NCBI RefSeq assembly: GCF_041956535.1
Contig: NW_027192202.1
Location: forward strand, 324,654-388,653
DNA length: 64,000 nt
Direction: 5' to 3'
From: Calcarisporiella thermophila CBS 279.70
Taxonomy: Eukaryota > Fungi > Calcarisporiellomycota
A program made the translations under genes and the position numbers. Within the stretch, counting starts at the first letter, position 1. Every line of letters starts with the position of its first letter. The notes under the pieces are model-generated. The model was not told the origin of the DNA, ran no database searches, and saw nothing but the letters and a program-made list of their open reading frames with translations. Below, in pieces: positions 1 to 11,392 of this stretch.

Positions 1-380
1 ATTTTAAAGTTGTAAATTTCATAAGATTCTTACATAAAAGATACACGGTTTATTGTGTGGGTGCTCAAACCAACCTCTTCCTCCTCCTCTTCTAAAGTCA
101 GAAGAAAAGAGAAAAGCGAAATAAGAGAGAAACGAAATATATATAAAAAAATACAATACATACGCCATGCACTCCTCCAGAGACAAGGAGAATGAAGAAT
201 ACTGAAAAAAAAAAAGCAATACAAAAACTATAGCAGTAGGCAACTGGACAATAATATCTGGTAAAATAGAGAGGAACAAAGAGACAAAAATGAATCGAAG
301 CAAACACAGTTTAGTTCTTCCCAGATAAAGAAAAGCAAACTTTTCCAGTGAAGAGGATATTTTTAGGACCGAGTGTTTTT

Positions 381-1030
381 TCAGCCTTGGCTAGATTTGA
401 CAATGGGGACTACAATTCGGTAGTGTGAGTTAGTGGTCATGCATGTTTGCAGATACCGAGTCGCAAAGAGAATGAGAGCAAAACATGCGCATTAAAACGC
501 ACTCACCTATTATGATGATCAGTAGAACAATCACGACTATTCCAATTAAGATCCACATTCTAAAGTCCTAAACAAACGTGTATAGCATAGTTGGAGGGTT
601 TGTGTCAATAAGATCAAAAAGAGGATAGATTCAATATTACCTTCCACCACATGCGCCGCCTTAGTGCGTGCGCACCACGCCTAAACTGGGAGCTGGTGGC
701 ATGAAGATTGTCTAACACACAATCATAGGAGAGGTTAATAGGACAGAAAGAAGTAGCGTCGCGAATACTGAATGCTTTCTCACCCGTTTTGGTCGCCAAA
801 TCCTCTAGATTATCCCCCCGCTGCATGACCTTGTTGATGTTATCCTGCATTATGCCGAGCACCTGAGTGACTTGCTCTTGCACTTTGGTGGTGGTCGGTC
901 CAGCGGACCGGACATGCCCATCCGCATCATCAAGCGAGTCGTAGCGGTTGTGGCCGTGTGCGTTGGGGAATGCGTGTAGAGCATCGTCTTCATCCGATTC
1001 GTCCACGAGATCAAAAGCTGATGCATTCAT
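381..1030 (-). CDS. Synaptobrevin/VAMP family v-SNARE (4 exons: 1030-784, 711-641, 567-507, 409-381)
   Basis: R-SNARE motif VQEQVTQVLGIMQDNINKVMQRGDNLEDL...F..GA..LRRRMWWK; spliced C-terminal TM helix MWILIGIVVIVLLIIII; GT-AG introns restore the frame; stop TGA at 381-383. Confidence 0.9.
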
Positions 1031-2050
1031 AGTCGCGGGATTGTATCCTGATTTGACAAATGGATTTGCCCTATTTTTAGCACCAACGAAAAGAGCGAGG
1101 GGATGTTAGTCTCCGTGCATGAGTAGGAAAGTGAGGTGGGAGGGAGTCTCCCTTGTGTGCACATAAAGATAAAAACATGCACCACCGAGAGCTCGTGTTG
1201 TATAGCCTTACATTTTTTTTTAACGGAATCGCACTCTTCTCAATAGAAAGGGTTGTGAAAATAAACTTGATAACGGGAGAAACAAAAAGTCTTGGATACT
1301 GTACAGCCATCCTATCCGTGGCGCAATAGATTTTTCTACGATTCTAGCGCATATCTCTACCAAGAGCCAAGGGACCGACTATGGTCAAAGGAGTTGGACC
1401 TTGATTATGCTTCACACCAGCACGCAAACCCCCGGAAGCATCCTCCCCCCTCTCTCATTCTTTGAGCTCCTTTGCACCAGCGTCAATCGTGGCACACACA
1501 TTTTCTCTTCCAAGAATTCGGTGGCGTTTGATATGACATCTCAATTAACAAACCCCTCTTTGTTTCCGTCGGAAGGGGAATTTTAGACTCTGTTACACGA
1601 CACCCTTCCCCTCAGTGTCCAGTGTCGACTGGCCTGCTTTATTCTGCGCAGCAATGATGGTTATCTGGGAGGAGCAGGAAAGCCACTAATGCACATGGAC
1701 ATGAAGAGACGATAGCTTGGTTCGAGATGCCTGCATGCACGCCCATGTAGCTTGCAGCGAGACGCTTTTAAAACCCGCCGTGTTTATTTTCCAACCATCG
1801 ATCCCATTGCCTAGCAGCAACCCCGAATGCCCAATATAAACTTGCAAACCAAATACATAGAGATAAATAAGGAAGAAGCAGAGAGAAATATTTATATAAT
1901 ATATATACCAGTTGTGAAATCGAAAAAAAAGGGACAACAAAAGAAAATTCTATTGTAAAGAAATAGATACATCCAAAAGATGTGTTCAAAAGTATAGGGA
2001 GGGAAAGAAATATGTTTACAACAAGAGTGAAATTTGAACTCGTTCCATTT

Positions 2051-4478
2051 CTATCGCCCAAAAAGTTCGGGAGCGGGTCTAACCCCTCTTTGGATCTCGT
2101 CCAGAGCAATGCAGAGGTCATAGTTGATCTCCTCGCTCACGACCGAATCTCCTTTGTAGGCGGGATGGCTCCGCACAAACTGCCTTATCCATGTCGCGTT
2201 GGTGACAAGCTCGCCGCTCGCGCGACGGCTGACCAAGTTCAAATATTTGGAGAGCTCACAACGTGTTACAACATCCACATTTACAGAATTAAGGTAGGCG
2301 TTCATCAGAGGAATGAGACCAGGGAAAGACCCGTTCCCATTGATGATATCGTTGATAGTGAAGAGATCATATTCATCCTCTACAGGGTCGGAATTGACGC
2401 CGTTGGCTTTATCTGGAAGATAGGAGTGGAGGGGGGGATGATTAATAAAGGAAAGTGCGCCACAGAAAAGATAGCTATCCTTACGACTATAGGAATTAGG
2501 GTAGACATTCTTCCGGAAATAGAACTTCTCGTTGAGAACGGCACCGCGACGGTGGGCTTTTTTCATGTTTTCGTCCACCTGAAAAAACATCAATCGATAA
2601 ATAACGCGCATTTCAAAAAAAAAAACGCTCCTATAATGAGGAGAAAGTAGAAAGAGGAAAAACACTACCTTGGATATAGGAATGTAGAAATTCAATCCAA
2701 AACTCAGGATGACTCTCGTCAGCAATACGACAAAGATAGCATATGCAGCATTCTCAAAGTCGGTCATTTGAATTTCCATCGACCGGAATTCCACGCGCCA
2801 ACCGATGTTGCTATTGGGTGGCGGAGGCTTGAAGCGCATGTTTTGCCAATTGGTTGACTGAATGTTCTCAAAGTGATCGGATGAGGTAGTATCATCTTGT
2901 TCGAGAAGCTCCTGATAAATGACAAGCGGGTCTCGGATGAAGAGGTGGGCGATGTGTCGGGCGAGAAGCTCATCAATGCCTTGAATACAGAAAAGGAGAG
3001 GGGGAGGGGGTAGGAGGAGATCATCCGTCAATACACGCCCATAGAGTTTCATTTAGAAAAATAAAACAGACCATTTTCCTGGAGTTTTGTGCAAATTTTC
3101 TCGTCAATCACAAGGGGTATATCATTATATTCAGGTTTCAACGTGGCATCCCGCGAAATATAGCAATCGACCGAGTCGTATCTTGACTTCGGGATGCGGA
3201 ACCGGCTCTTCTCCAAGGGCTTCAACCCCCGCTCCTCAGGGGTGCGATCATCCACACTTCCTGCAATCACGTTCCAACGACAATCCACATCCGCGAGATA
3301 CCCACGGTAAATGGGAGCGGCGGCTGTCAACGCAAGCTATGACAGAGGGAGAGGGAAAGAGATGAGCGGTCTGGCTCAGATAATAGGGAGTAAGCTTTCA
3401 TTCCATCCAATACCATGATGGGTCCCAGCGGGGCCAATTGGTCGTAGAGTCTTCTCGCCTCATCTATATTGCAAGCCTGGAACGTGATCTGCAGACAACA
3501 GCATCCCATTCCGAAGCACATTGCGTCCATATAAATATGATCGGGCAAGGCAGCACCCTGCTTCGCCTCTGCGTCCTCAGGGAAGAGGTTGCGATCCCAG
3601 GGAATGGAGGGATCAATGAACGGTTTGGGAGTATTTGCGTCGTGGAAGATCGGCATGTTGATGGCCACCTTAGAGCCGCGACGACGGCGGATGTTTGCCG
3701 TGAGCGTTCTATGTGATAGAGGGTCAATTGGATTACCTCTCGTGAAAACTTGCGTTAAAAACATGGTGCTTATAGTTACGGGAAACGAGCATGGGGATTG
3801 ATAATTTCGTCGGGGACAAACAAACTTCTGCTTGCGTTGCCGGTGGGCTCGTAGTGCGGCTCCAAGAACTCGCCCTGGCAGCCCAATCGGGGGAAGCTGG
3901 TGAGGGTGAAGGGCCGTTCATTCGGCTTCATGTATATCAGTGCCTGTTCACGGCGAAGACGCATGTTCCGTTCGACTGAGAGCAGGTCCTTGAACGAGGA
4001 GCCGTAAGGCGCTCCCGGGGTACTCTCGAGCATGTACCGACCATACTCCGGCCTCCAGAGCGCCGACAGTTCGGTCCTACAAAGATCGAATTCATTCATG
4101 TAAACTATGGGGGAAACCATCAGGTGGGCGAGGGTCTGCTTACTTTCCATCCGGATTCTCGAGGTACTCCTTCTCCTCCTTCTGCAGCTCATTCAGTATG
4201 TCAAAAACTCGGAGGGAGAGTTTTGCGTTCTTTTTCTCGTGGTCGAAGGAGACCACCATGTACTCCACCTATACGAATTCGTTAGCGAGCATTCGCAGCT
4301 GGGCATCGATGCAGCGCTTCAGACTTACCTCATCGCCCCACAATAGGCGATCCTTGTTTTTATTTTTCACCTTGTGGTAAATGTTGAGAAATTGGTTGAT
4401 GCCATGCTCGCGCACGTGGTCGGCATACTCCTTTGCTTTGTCCCATGGTAGAGGAGTCCCAAGAGAGAGAAGACCCAT
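2051..4478 (-). CDS. GSH1: Glutamate-cysteine ligase catalytic subunit (multi-exon)
   Basis: [64 protein letters not shown] and [10 protein letters not shown] motifs across several ORF fragments. Confidence 0.97.
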
Positions 4479-5072
4479 GTTTTGGAAGAATGTGAAGGAG
4501 TCCGAGGGGAGGAAGGGGGAGTGCTAGCAAACAAAAAAGGCCAAGAGTAGGAGAGGAACAAGAGGGGACGGGGTGGACCTTAATGAGGGAGGTTGGGGAG
4601 AAAAGAAAACGACAGCTAATTTTTCCCGATTTTTATTTACTTGAGAATTAATAATCAACACCGTTGATTCATCCCCTTTGAGTAAAAGAGATGTGGCTGT
4701 AGATGAATTAGACTTTTTTGACATCGCTCAAATCAGCCTATGCTGCATCTGCAGCGTGCCTGGTCATGGATGGATTATTCATGCCTTGCCTAGTCTGCAT
4801 GCACAAACTTATCTCTTTAGCCATAAAAAGAATTGGATAACTACAAGATAAAACATTGCCGAGTCTTGGATTTTAAATAAGAGCTGAGGTAACCACAAAA
4901 AAATAGATGTAAATCAAGAAGAAGAAAAAAAAAAAGATGCCCTTGGACAAACGACCTGCGTGAATGTGTAGAGCCATTTGGGAACAATGATGCAATGCCA
5001 AAGGGTAACAGTGTTGGAATGAAGATAAAAAACAAACAATGCTGCGACAACTATTATCGAAAAATCCAAGAT

Positions 5073-5916
5073 TTAGAGCGAACCGGCAAGCAGGGCCTCA
5101 TTCCACAGCTGCTCGAACTCCTCGTCGACGTCGCCGAGGTCGCGAGCATACAGCAGGGTCGAGTTGTTGAAGGAGCGCGGGCGTACGCGTCGGGCGCCTC
5201 CTTGCTGTCTACGGGCACCTCCCTGCTGTCTACGGGCGCCTCCCCTCTGGTTTCCACCCTGCCGTCTGCCGCCGCCCTGCTGCTGTCTGCCACCGCCCTG
5301 CTGCCTTCCTCGGCCGCCTCCACCACCTCCGGCACCACCGCCCGCCGGGAGCTCGTTTGCTGCACGCTTGGAGATGCTGATGTCGGCGCAGTTGACAAAG
5401 TTCAGACGAGGCCGCTGGGACACCCACCTAAACCTCACCGTGCACCTGTCACACGTCAGGCCGGCCGGTAAGTCGATCTGGGTGTTGTCGTCACCCTTCT
5501 TGTCACCACACTTGTTGACTTTGAGGATCGGGCGGAAGTTGCTGTCCTGCCCGTTCGTGGAGAGCTCGAAAAGACACGGCCCTCCACGGGGGGTCTTGAT
5601 AGCCCAGTTGAGCGGCAGCTTTCCGGCCTCCTTGAAGGCCCCCTTGGTCTGCCCGCGCTGGAGGCCGCCACAAGGGAACTTGTTGTTGGGGGAGGTTGCG
5701 AACTGGAAGTTACGGTCCTCATCACCTGGTACGAGACGGGGAGGCGTGTTGGTCTAAATGAGGGGGGAGAAGGGGGGTGAGCAAACGGGCGCGAGACGGA
5801 GCTAGGCTGCAAACACCACTTACCATCATACCGTTACCCTCAACGAGCGACGGGGCCAGCCCGGCGTAAAAGATCATAGCCAATGCCAGGGAACTCAATG
5901 CTCCTTTGACCAGCAT
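5073..5916 (-). CDS. Secreted LPMO-like (AA11-like) protein lacking the His brace, with a Gly/Arg/Gln repeat tail (exons 5916-5824, 5753-5073)
   Basis: Signal peptide MLVKGALSSLALAMIFYAGLAPSLVEG, then NGMM|TNTPPR...FPCGG...RGGPCLFELS...LPAGLTCDRCTVRFRW...FVNCADISI; Cys and motif spacing resemble fungal LPMO-like domains. Confidence 0.7.
5191..5244 (-). repeat. 21-bp coding tandem repeat (about 2.5 copies) encoding GGARRQQ
   Basis: Plus strand cgggcgcctccttgctgtcta / cgggcacctccctgctgtcta / cgggcgcctccc. Confidence 0.85.
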
Positions 5917-7294
5917 ATTTGCGGAAGTATAAGGATTAAGTGATAGGTGCGAGGTGAAGGGAAGCGAGCGAGAGAGAAAGAGAAAAGATGCGAGGAAGAA
6001 AAAAAAAGCTCAAAGAAAGTGGAAAAGAGAGAAAAGGTCAAACCCTGCTCTACAGGATTGAGTGATATATAGGAGGTAAAAGGGGGGGGGGGGAATGGCA
6101 GAGATAAAAATAAACCTAGGAGACAAACAAAAAAAAGGAGGCTGTTTCTAAGCAAGAGTTCTCTTTATATTGTCGCTTAATGGTTTTGAAGACCCACATT
6201 GACTAAAGAAGCGCAGAGATCGAGGCGCGTGCGGAGTGGTTTGTTTTAACCCGTATTTTGTGTTCGATTTTATTTTGCTCTCCCGGGATTTAGACTGGAG
6301 ATGCTCCTTTTTAGCCAGGATTGCGGCGGTCAAAAAAGGCATTCTTTTTATTTAACCCATTTTTTTAATAACCAATGTGGAGATGAGCACGCCAATGGCG
6401 GCCTTGAATCGGGTTGCGACCAAGGACTGCTGAAAATAGCCCTCGGGCTCCGAAATTGCCCAGCTCTAAGTCGGGCCAAACCTCCCCCCTCTCATGGTTA
6501 ACCCTCGAAGCCTAACCTCATCGCATCATTAGGCCCAAGATTGGCAGAAAAGGATAGGGAAGGTGAAAAAAACGGCCACGGCCATAGCCTGCACCCTCCC
6601 TTCCTCCCCCCCCTCTTGTCACCCTTTTACTAAGAACGAGGGTTTCCCCGCCTCGAAAGGGTGTGTTTATCATTTTTATGGAGATCATTCTAGAGAGGAG
6701 AGGGAGCAACCCAAGGGTCGATGCCTCCCTCGCTATCTCTTCCCTCTGATGCAAGTTTGGAGTTGCCAAGTCGACCGTGCTCAAAGAGCAGGAGGGAAAC
6801 AAGCTCCAAGAGTTCACCTTTCCATAACCGGCCTCTGCTTTTGAAGGCTTGACTCAAAGGTGAGCAATACCCATCGCTTGTAACTAGGAGGGCAAAATGA
6901 AGTGCCGATGCCAAGTTAGGTCCCCCACCCTCATTGCCCGAGCAACCTTGATTGGTTTGATTCCACGGCGGCCACTGGCATGTCACCAAGGCTGAATGAA
7001 GAGTTCTCTATATAACCTTAGCCTATTCAAGCAGGGCTATTCCTCTCCCATTTTCCATAATCTCGCTCGCTCGGATATCCTTATGAAGTGGATAAAAGTA
7101 CACGCATGAGATAATTTTAGATCATGTAAGCAGAAAAATAGAAACATACAAAGCGAGGAAAGCACCTGGACGAGCTTTCAGAAATAGCAGGGCAAAAATT
7201 TAAAAACCATCAAGAAAACAGAAACGAAAACAAAAACAAAGATATCCATCTACACACACACTCTCTCTCTCTTTATCCCTCCCCTAAGTTCGAT

Positions 7295-8374
7295 CTATAA
7301 TGGCTCAGCCAGAGACCAAAACTGCTTTGCATATCCAGTGTGCACCACATTTCCTAGCCGCCGCGTCACATCCACATTAAACAGCCGCCTGTATTTCCCC
7401 TGGCAGCCGACCTCACCAGCGGCTGGGCCACCCCCCGCAAACATCCATCGGAACACAACGGCAAGCGTGCGGTCTCGGGGCGTGTAGTAGAGGTAGGATG
7501 CCCGCTGGGCCACTCCGCTGGCAAAGACGGGGGCAAACTCCTGCTCTCGTACCGCGGCTCCGAGAAGATGCACCACACAAGGACGGGAGTGGGACGGGAT
7601 TTTGGAAAGCGCGGCCAGCAGGTGATGACACCCGAGGGAGTGTGACTAGAGCAGAAGTGGAGCAAGCGCCGCTGGTGTGACCATTTTGCTTTTCAGAATT
7701 CCTTTCGGAGTCAGACTTACCACAACCCGCAAATGGGAATAGCGCTCTCTCAACCGCAACAGCTCTTCCGCCAATCGGTCGCTGAAACGACTGGAGTTTT
7801 CCGATGCGATCCGGTAATAGTAGGAGAGCTTCAGCACATGGAGCGAGATATCTAGGGCGATTGAGGTGAGAAGAAAGGTTGGTGAGGGGAAGCCCAGCTT
7901 CATCTGATTGGCAACCCAGCAAAGCACTGTGAGCGGGATGATGTAGTTGAGGGTGGGCTTGCCGGCCGGCCATGTATAGCCCAATGCAGTGTCTCCCCAG
8001 CGATGCCTATCGGACGCCACGAGCCTGTGATGGGATCTAATGGAGTTGAGATGAGTGGGGCGGCATATTCCTTTTTTCGCCTGAAGCCTCGAGGGCCTTT
8101 TCTTACTCTGTCCACATTGAAAAATTGCTTGGGCCGATTTGATCCGACATGAAGCCTACAGAAACGGTGGCAAATAGCACATCGACGCATGAGATACAAC
8201 TGGAGTTTACCATACATAAAATAATTCAAAAAAGGGCAGATTACCTCGAAGATAAAGAGTCGCCTCGGAGTGTTTGGCGTGATTAATGTGAAGGTGATAT
8301 TTTGGCTTCGGCAGTTCGGTGAGAAGGGGTGCGAGAACGGCACGGTTTTTAACGAGACCGTGGAGTGAGGCCAT
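7295..8374 (-). CDS. Alpha/beta-hydrolase-fold protein, DUF726/TMCO4-like (4 exons)
   Basis: Spliced model MASLHGLVKNR...TLYLRG|FMSD...RVV|SHSLGC (nucleophile elbow), VHLLGAAV, and NVDVTRRLGNVVHTGY (putative catalytic His). Confidence 0.65.
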
Positions 8375-9083
8375 GGTATTCTATCCGCGAGAACTACGGC
8401 CCTGAACGCAACCAGCGAATGCACTGAGACAATGTAAAGGAGTATATATATCTGTAGGTACGACTGTGGTATTAGAGATGTCTAAGGTCTAATGGAGAAG
8501 AGATTTTGGAGGAGATGGAAGGCTCGAGTGGTGTTGAGGTGCTGAGGGGTTAAGATATCATAGCAGAATATATATGAGTAGGTCGGAGGGCCACGGTAGC
8601 TAGAAGAGAAAAGTGAACGGATCTCTCGGCAGGCTCGAGTGCGAATGGCAATTCACAAGAGGAGGAGCAGAGAAGAGCCGCCAGCCCTCGTTTTATTAAT
8701 GGCCCCGCTTTCTCGCTTCATACTTGGATTTCAACGTGTTCTGTTCCTCTGGATAGGATTTCAAATCACATTCTGGCCAACGATTTCGCCACACTCTCGC
8801 AAGACTGGGTGTCCATCGAATTCGAGACCTCCACTCGGACATCTACAGAATAAATAGGATCGAAGTTTATTTTATTTCATAGTCGATTCTCTAGTAAATA
8901 ATGAATAAAGAAAACAAGTCTAAGGTGAAATAGTAGATAAAGACACGAGAGCACCCTCCACAAGCTCCCAAAAGAAAGAAGAAAATAAAAAGAAATAGAC
9001 ATAAAAAAGAAAAATTGAATAAAAAAGAAGAAGAGGAAAAGCAAAATATGGAAGACAACAAAGCCAAAGCGACCCGTCCAACA

Positions 9084-10562
9084 CTATGCAACGTCCAATA
9101 GCTCCTTACACCATTCGTACGTGACGAAGCTTGTAGCGATCGCGGGGGCCACCTTCAGGTAATTTGGCACCATGCCCTTGTATAGGCCACGGACGCCCTC
9201 CTTTGCGACGACATTGCGAGCGGCATCCAAGGTTCCCCGGTACTTGTATCCAATCGAGGTCATCCCGGTCACCTGCATGCGGCGCCGCAATACGTCCAGA
9301 GGGTAGGTGATGGTCTGCGCGATGGAGCCGGCAAGAGCGCCACAAAGGAGCTTGCGAGGCACCGAGGGACTTGTTTCGGAGGGAGGCGTGAGGTATTTTC
9401 GGAGGATTTCGTAGCACTGGAAGTTCAGCGCGACGTAGGGGGCGACCCCGAGGAGCGTGGGGACAAGGCCGCGATAAACGGCGAACAGGCCGCCCTCGGT
9501 CCGATAGATCGTGACCATGGTCCGCCAAATACCTGGGAGCTTTTCCCCCGTCCCCTTTCTTGCCGACTGCACCGAGAGCCGTGTCCGGACAATATCCAGC
9601 GGGTAGGTGCACGCCACAGATGTCAATCCCGCACAGGCCCCTGCCGCCAGTCGCCGCGGCGTGTCGAGCTCATTTTTGCCACGCTCCATAAACAGCCGCT
9701 TGAACTGCTCATAGGCCGCGAACTGGACGGCAGAGTACGGCACAATGCGGATCACATTGGTGCCGTTTCCGCGGAGAAAGCCCAGCATACCCTCCTCGCG
9801 CCATATTTTGACCAGGGTCGGAACCACTCCCTGATAGTTGGCCGGCTCCGGACCTTGCACCTGAAAAAAGAAAAGAATGCAATGAGCACCATGCAACGAG
9901 AGAATAGTAGCCTCAGCCGCAGAGAGCGGCCGGCATTCACATACTTGGAATAGAATTTTCATTCGTTCTAGCGGCGACACCACCGTTCTTGAGACGGCTC
10001 CGGCCACGCCACCGGCGATCAGGTGCTTAATGAAGACGGGATTCATCTTCTCCTTCCAGAATTCGTAGGAGAAGGGGCCGGGTGCTAATGTCTTCTCCTC
10101 GATTCTCTCCTTCGGCTCAACCTTCACCTCCACCTGAGCCTCCGCCTCCTGCGGAACAAATCCAATGCGTGCCAGATCCCGTAATAAATCCTCCAATTCT
10201 CCCGGGGTCAGCTCTCCACCCTTGGAGGGAATGACTTCGATGTTGTGCGCATCAAGAAGCTGTGTGAATTCGGCGTATGTCATCGAGGCATTGCCATCCT
10301 CCTTTGTGGCCAGGGATATTAATGTGTTGGCCATTTCCTATGCAATCAGACCCCAGTGTTGGGAGTTAAAGACACGGGGATCTGCGGAATTAAGAGAAGA
10401 GCATGGGGGCACGGGGGGGTGCGTTACCTCATCCACCAACTTCCCGCGCGTCCCGAACATCTCCGAGTATACTTGTAGTAGGTCGCGCACGTCCACCACG
10501 CCATCATTGTTGTGGTCAAGCCGGGCGAACGCCGTGCGCACTGCAGTTGCGTTTTGTGACAT
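9084..10562 (-). CDS. Mitochondrial carrier (SLC25) with an N-terminal EF-hand; carrier domain resembles YPR011C/MRX21 (3 exons)
   Basis: Three PX[DE]XX[KR] signatures (PLERMK, PLDIVR, PLDVLR); EF loop DHNNDGVVDVRD in exon 1. Confidence 0.9.
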
Positions 10563-11392
10563 TATTTACGAATGGTAAGATAAGAGTTGGGAGGCGGATG
10601 TCGAGTGTACGTAAATTAAATGTGAAGGGAAGAAAAATTCGCGGAAGTTTGAGAGGGGGAGGGTCTATAACAAAGGGGGCATGATATGGTCCAGAAGGAA
10701 GAAGAGGACACAATGTCAGAGAACAAAGCACACCGACACAAAAGGGAATAAGGATACAAAAGAGGGAGGTGGGCCAAAGTCAAAGCACTGGCGAATTATC
10801 AAAATCACCTGAATGGAAAACCCCAAATCCCTCGCAGTCGCTGTAGAATTGGAATGGAGTGGAAATAGAGCGTGGGGCGCTTGCGATCACAAACCTCTTG
10901 GGCCGATGCTGGGCGGGGGGGTTATGCACAAGAACGAGAAGAGCGAATGAGCAGATGGAGGAGGGGAGAGAGGGGGGGGCTACGATTAGTTTTTGTTATT
11001 ATTTTTTTGGGCAGTAAAAATCACAAACAAATAAAACGTTGCTTCGGGTCAGGGGCGACAAATTCCAAATGGCCCGTCACTCCATTTGTAATTGGCGAGA
11101 TCCCTTTTGACGCCCTTTTCCCTCTCCCATTCATCCCAAATAGATCCCACAAGATCTTTTACAAAAATAGTTAAATGATGAGATAACAAAGAAAACTTCC
11201 TTTATCAATCAATCAAATATTCAACATAAGCTTCGATTTTTTTTTTCATAATAAAGGAGGAAGAAACATCCATCATAACATGATAACAATAATAATGATG
11301 ATTATATCTGATAGGAAGGAGGAAACGGGGGGGGGGGGGGAAGAGGGGAGACCGAGAAAGAAGAAAAGTAATAATTACAGGGCTCTCCATCA

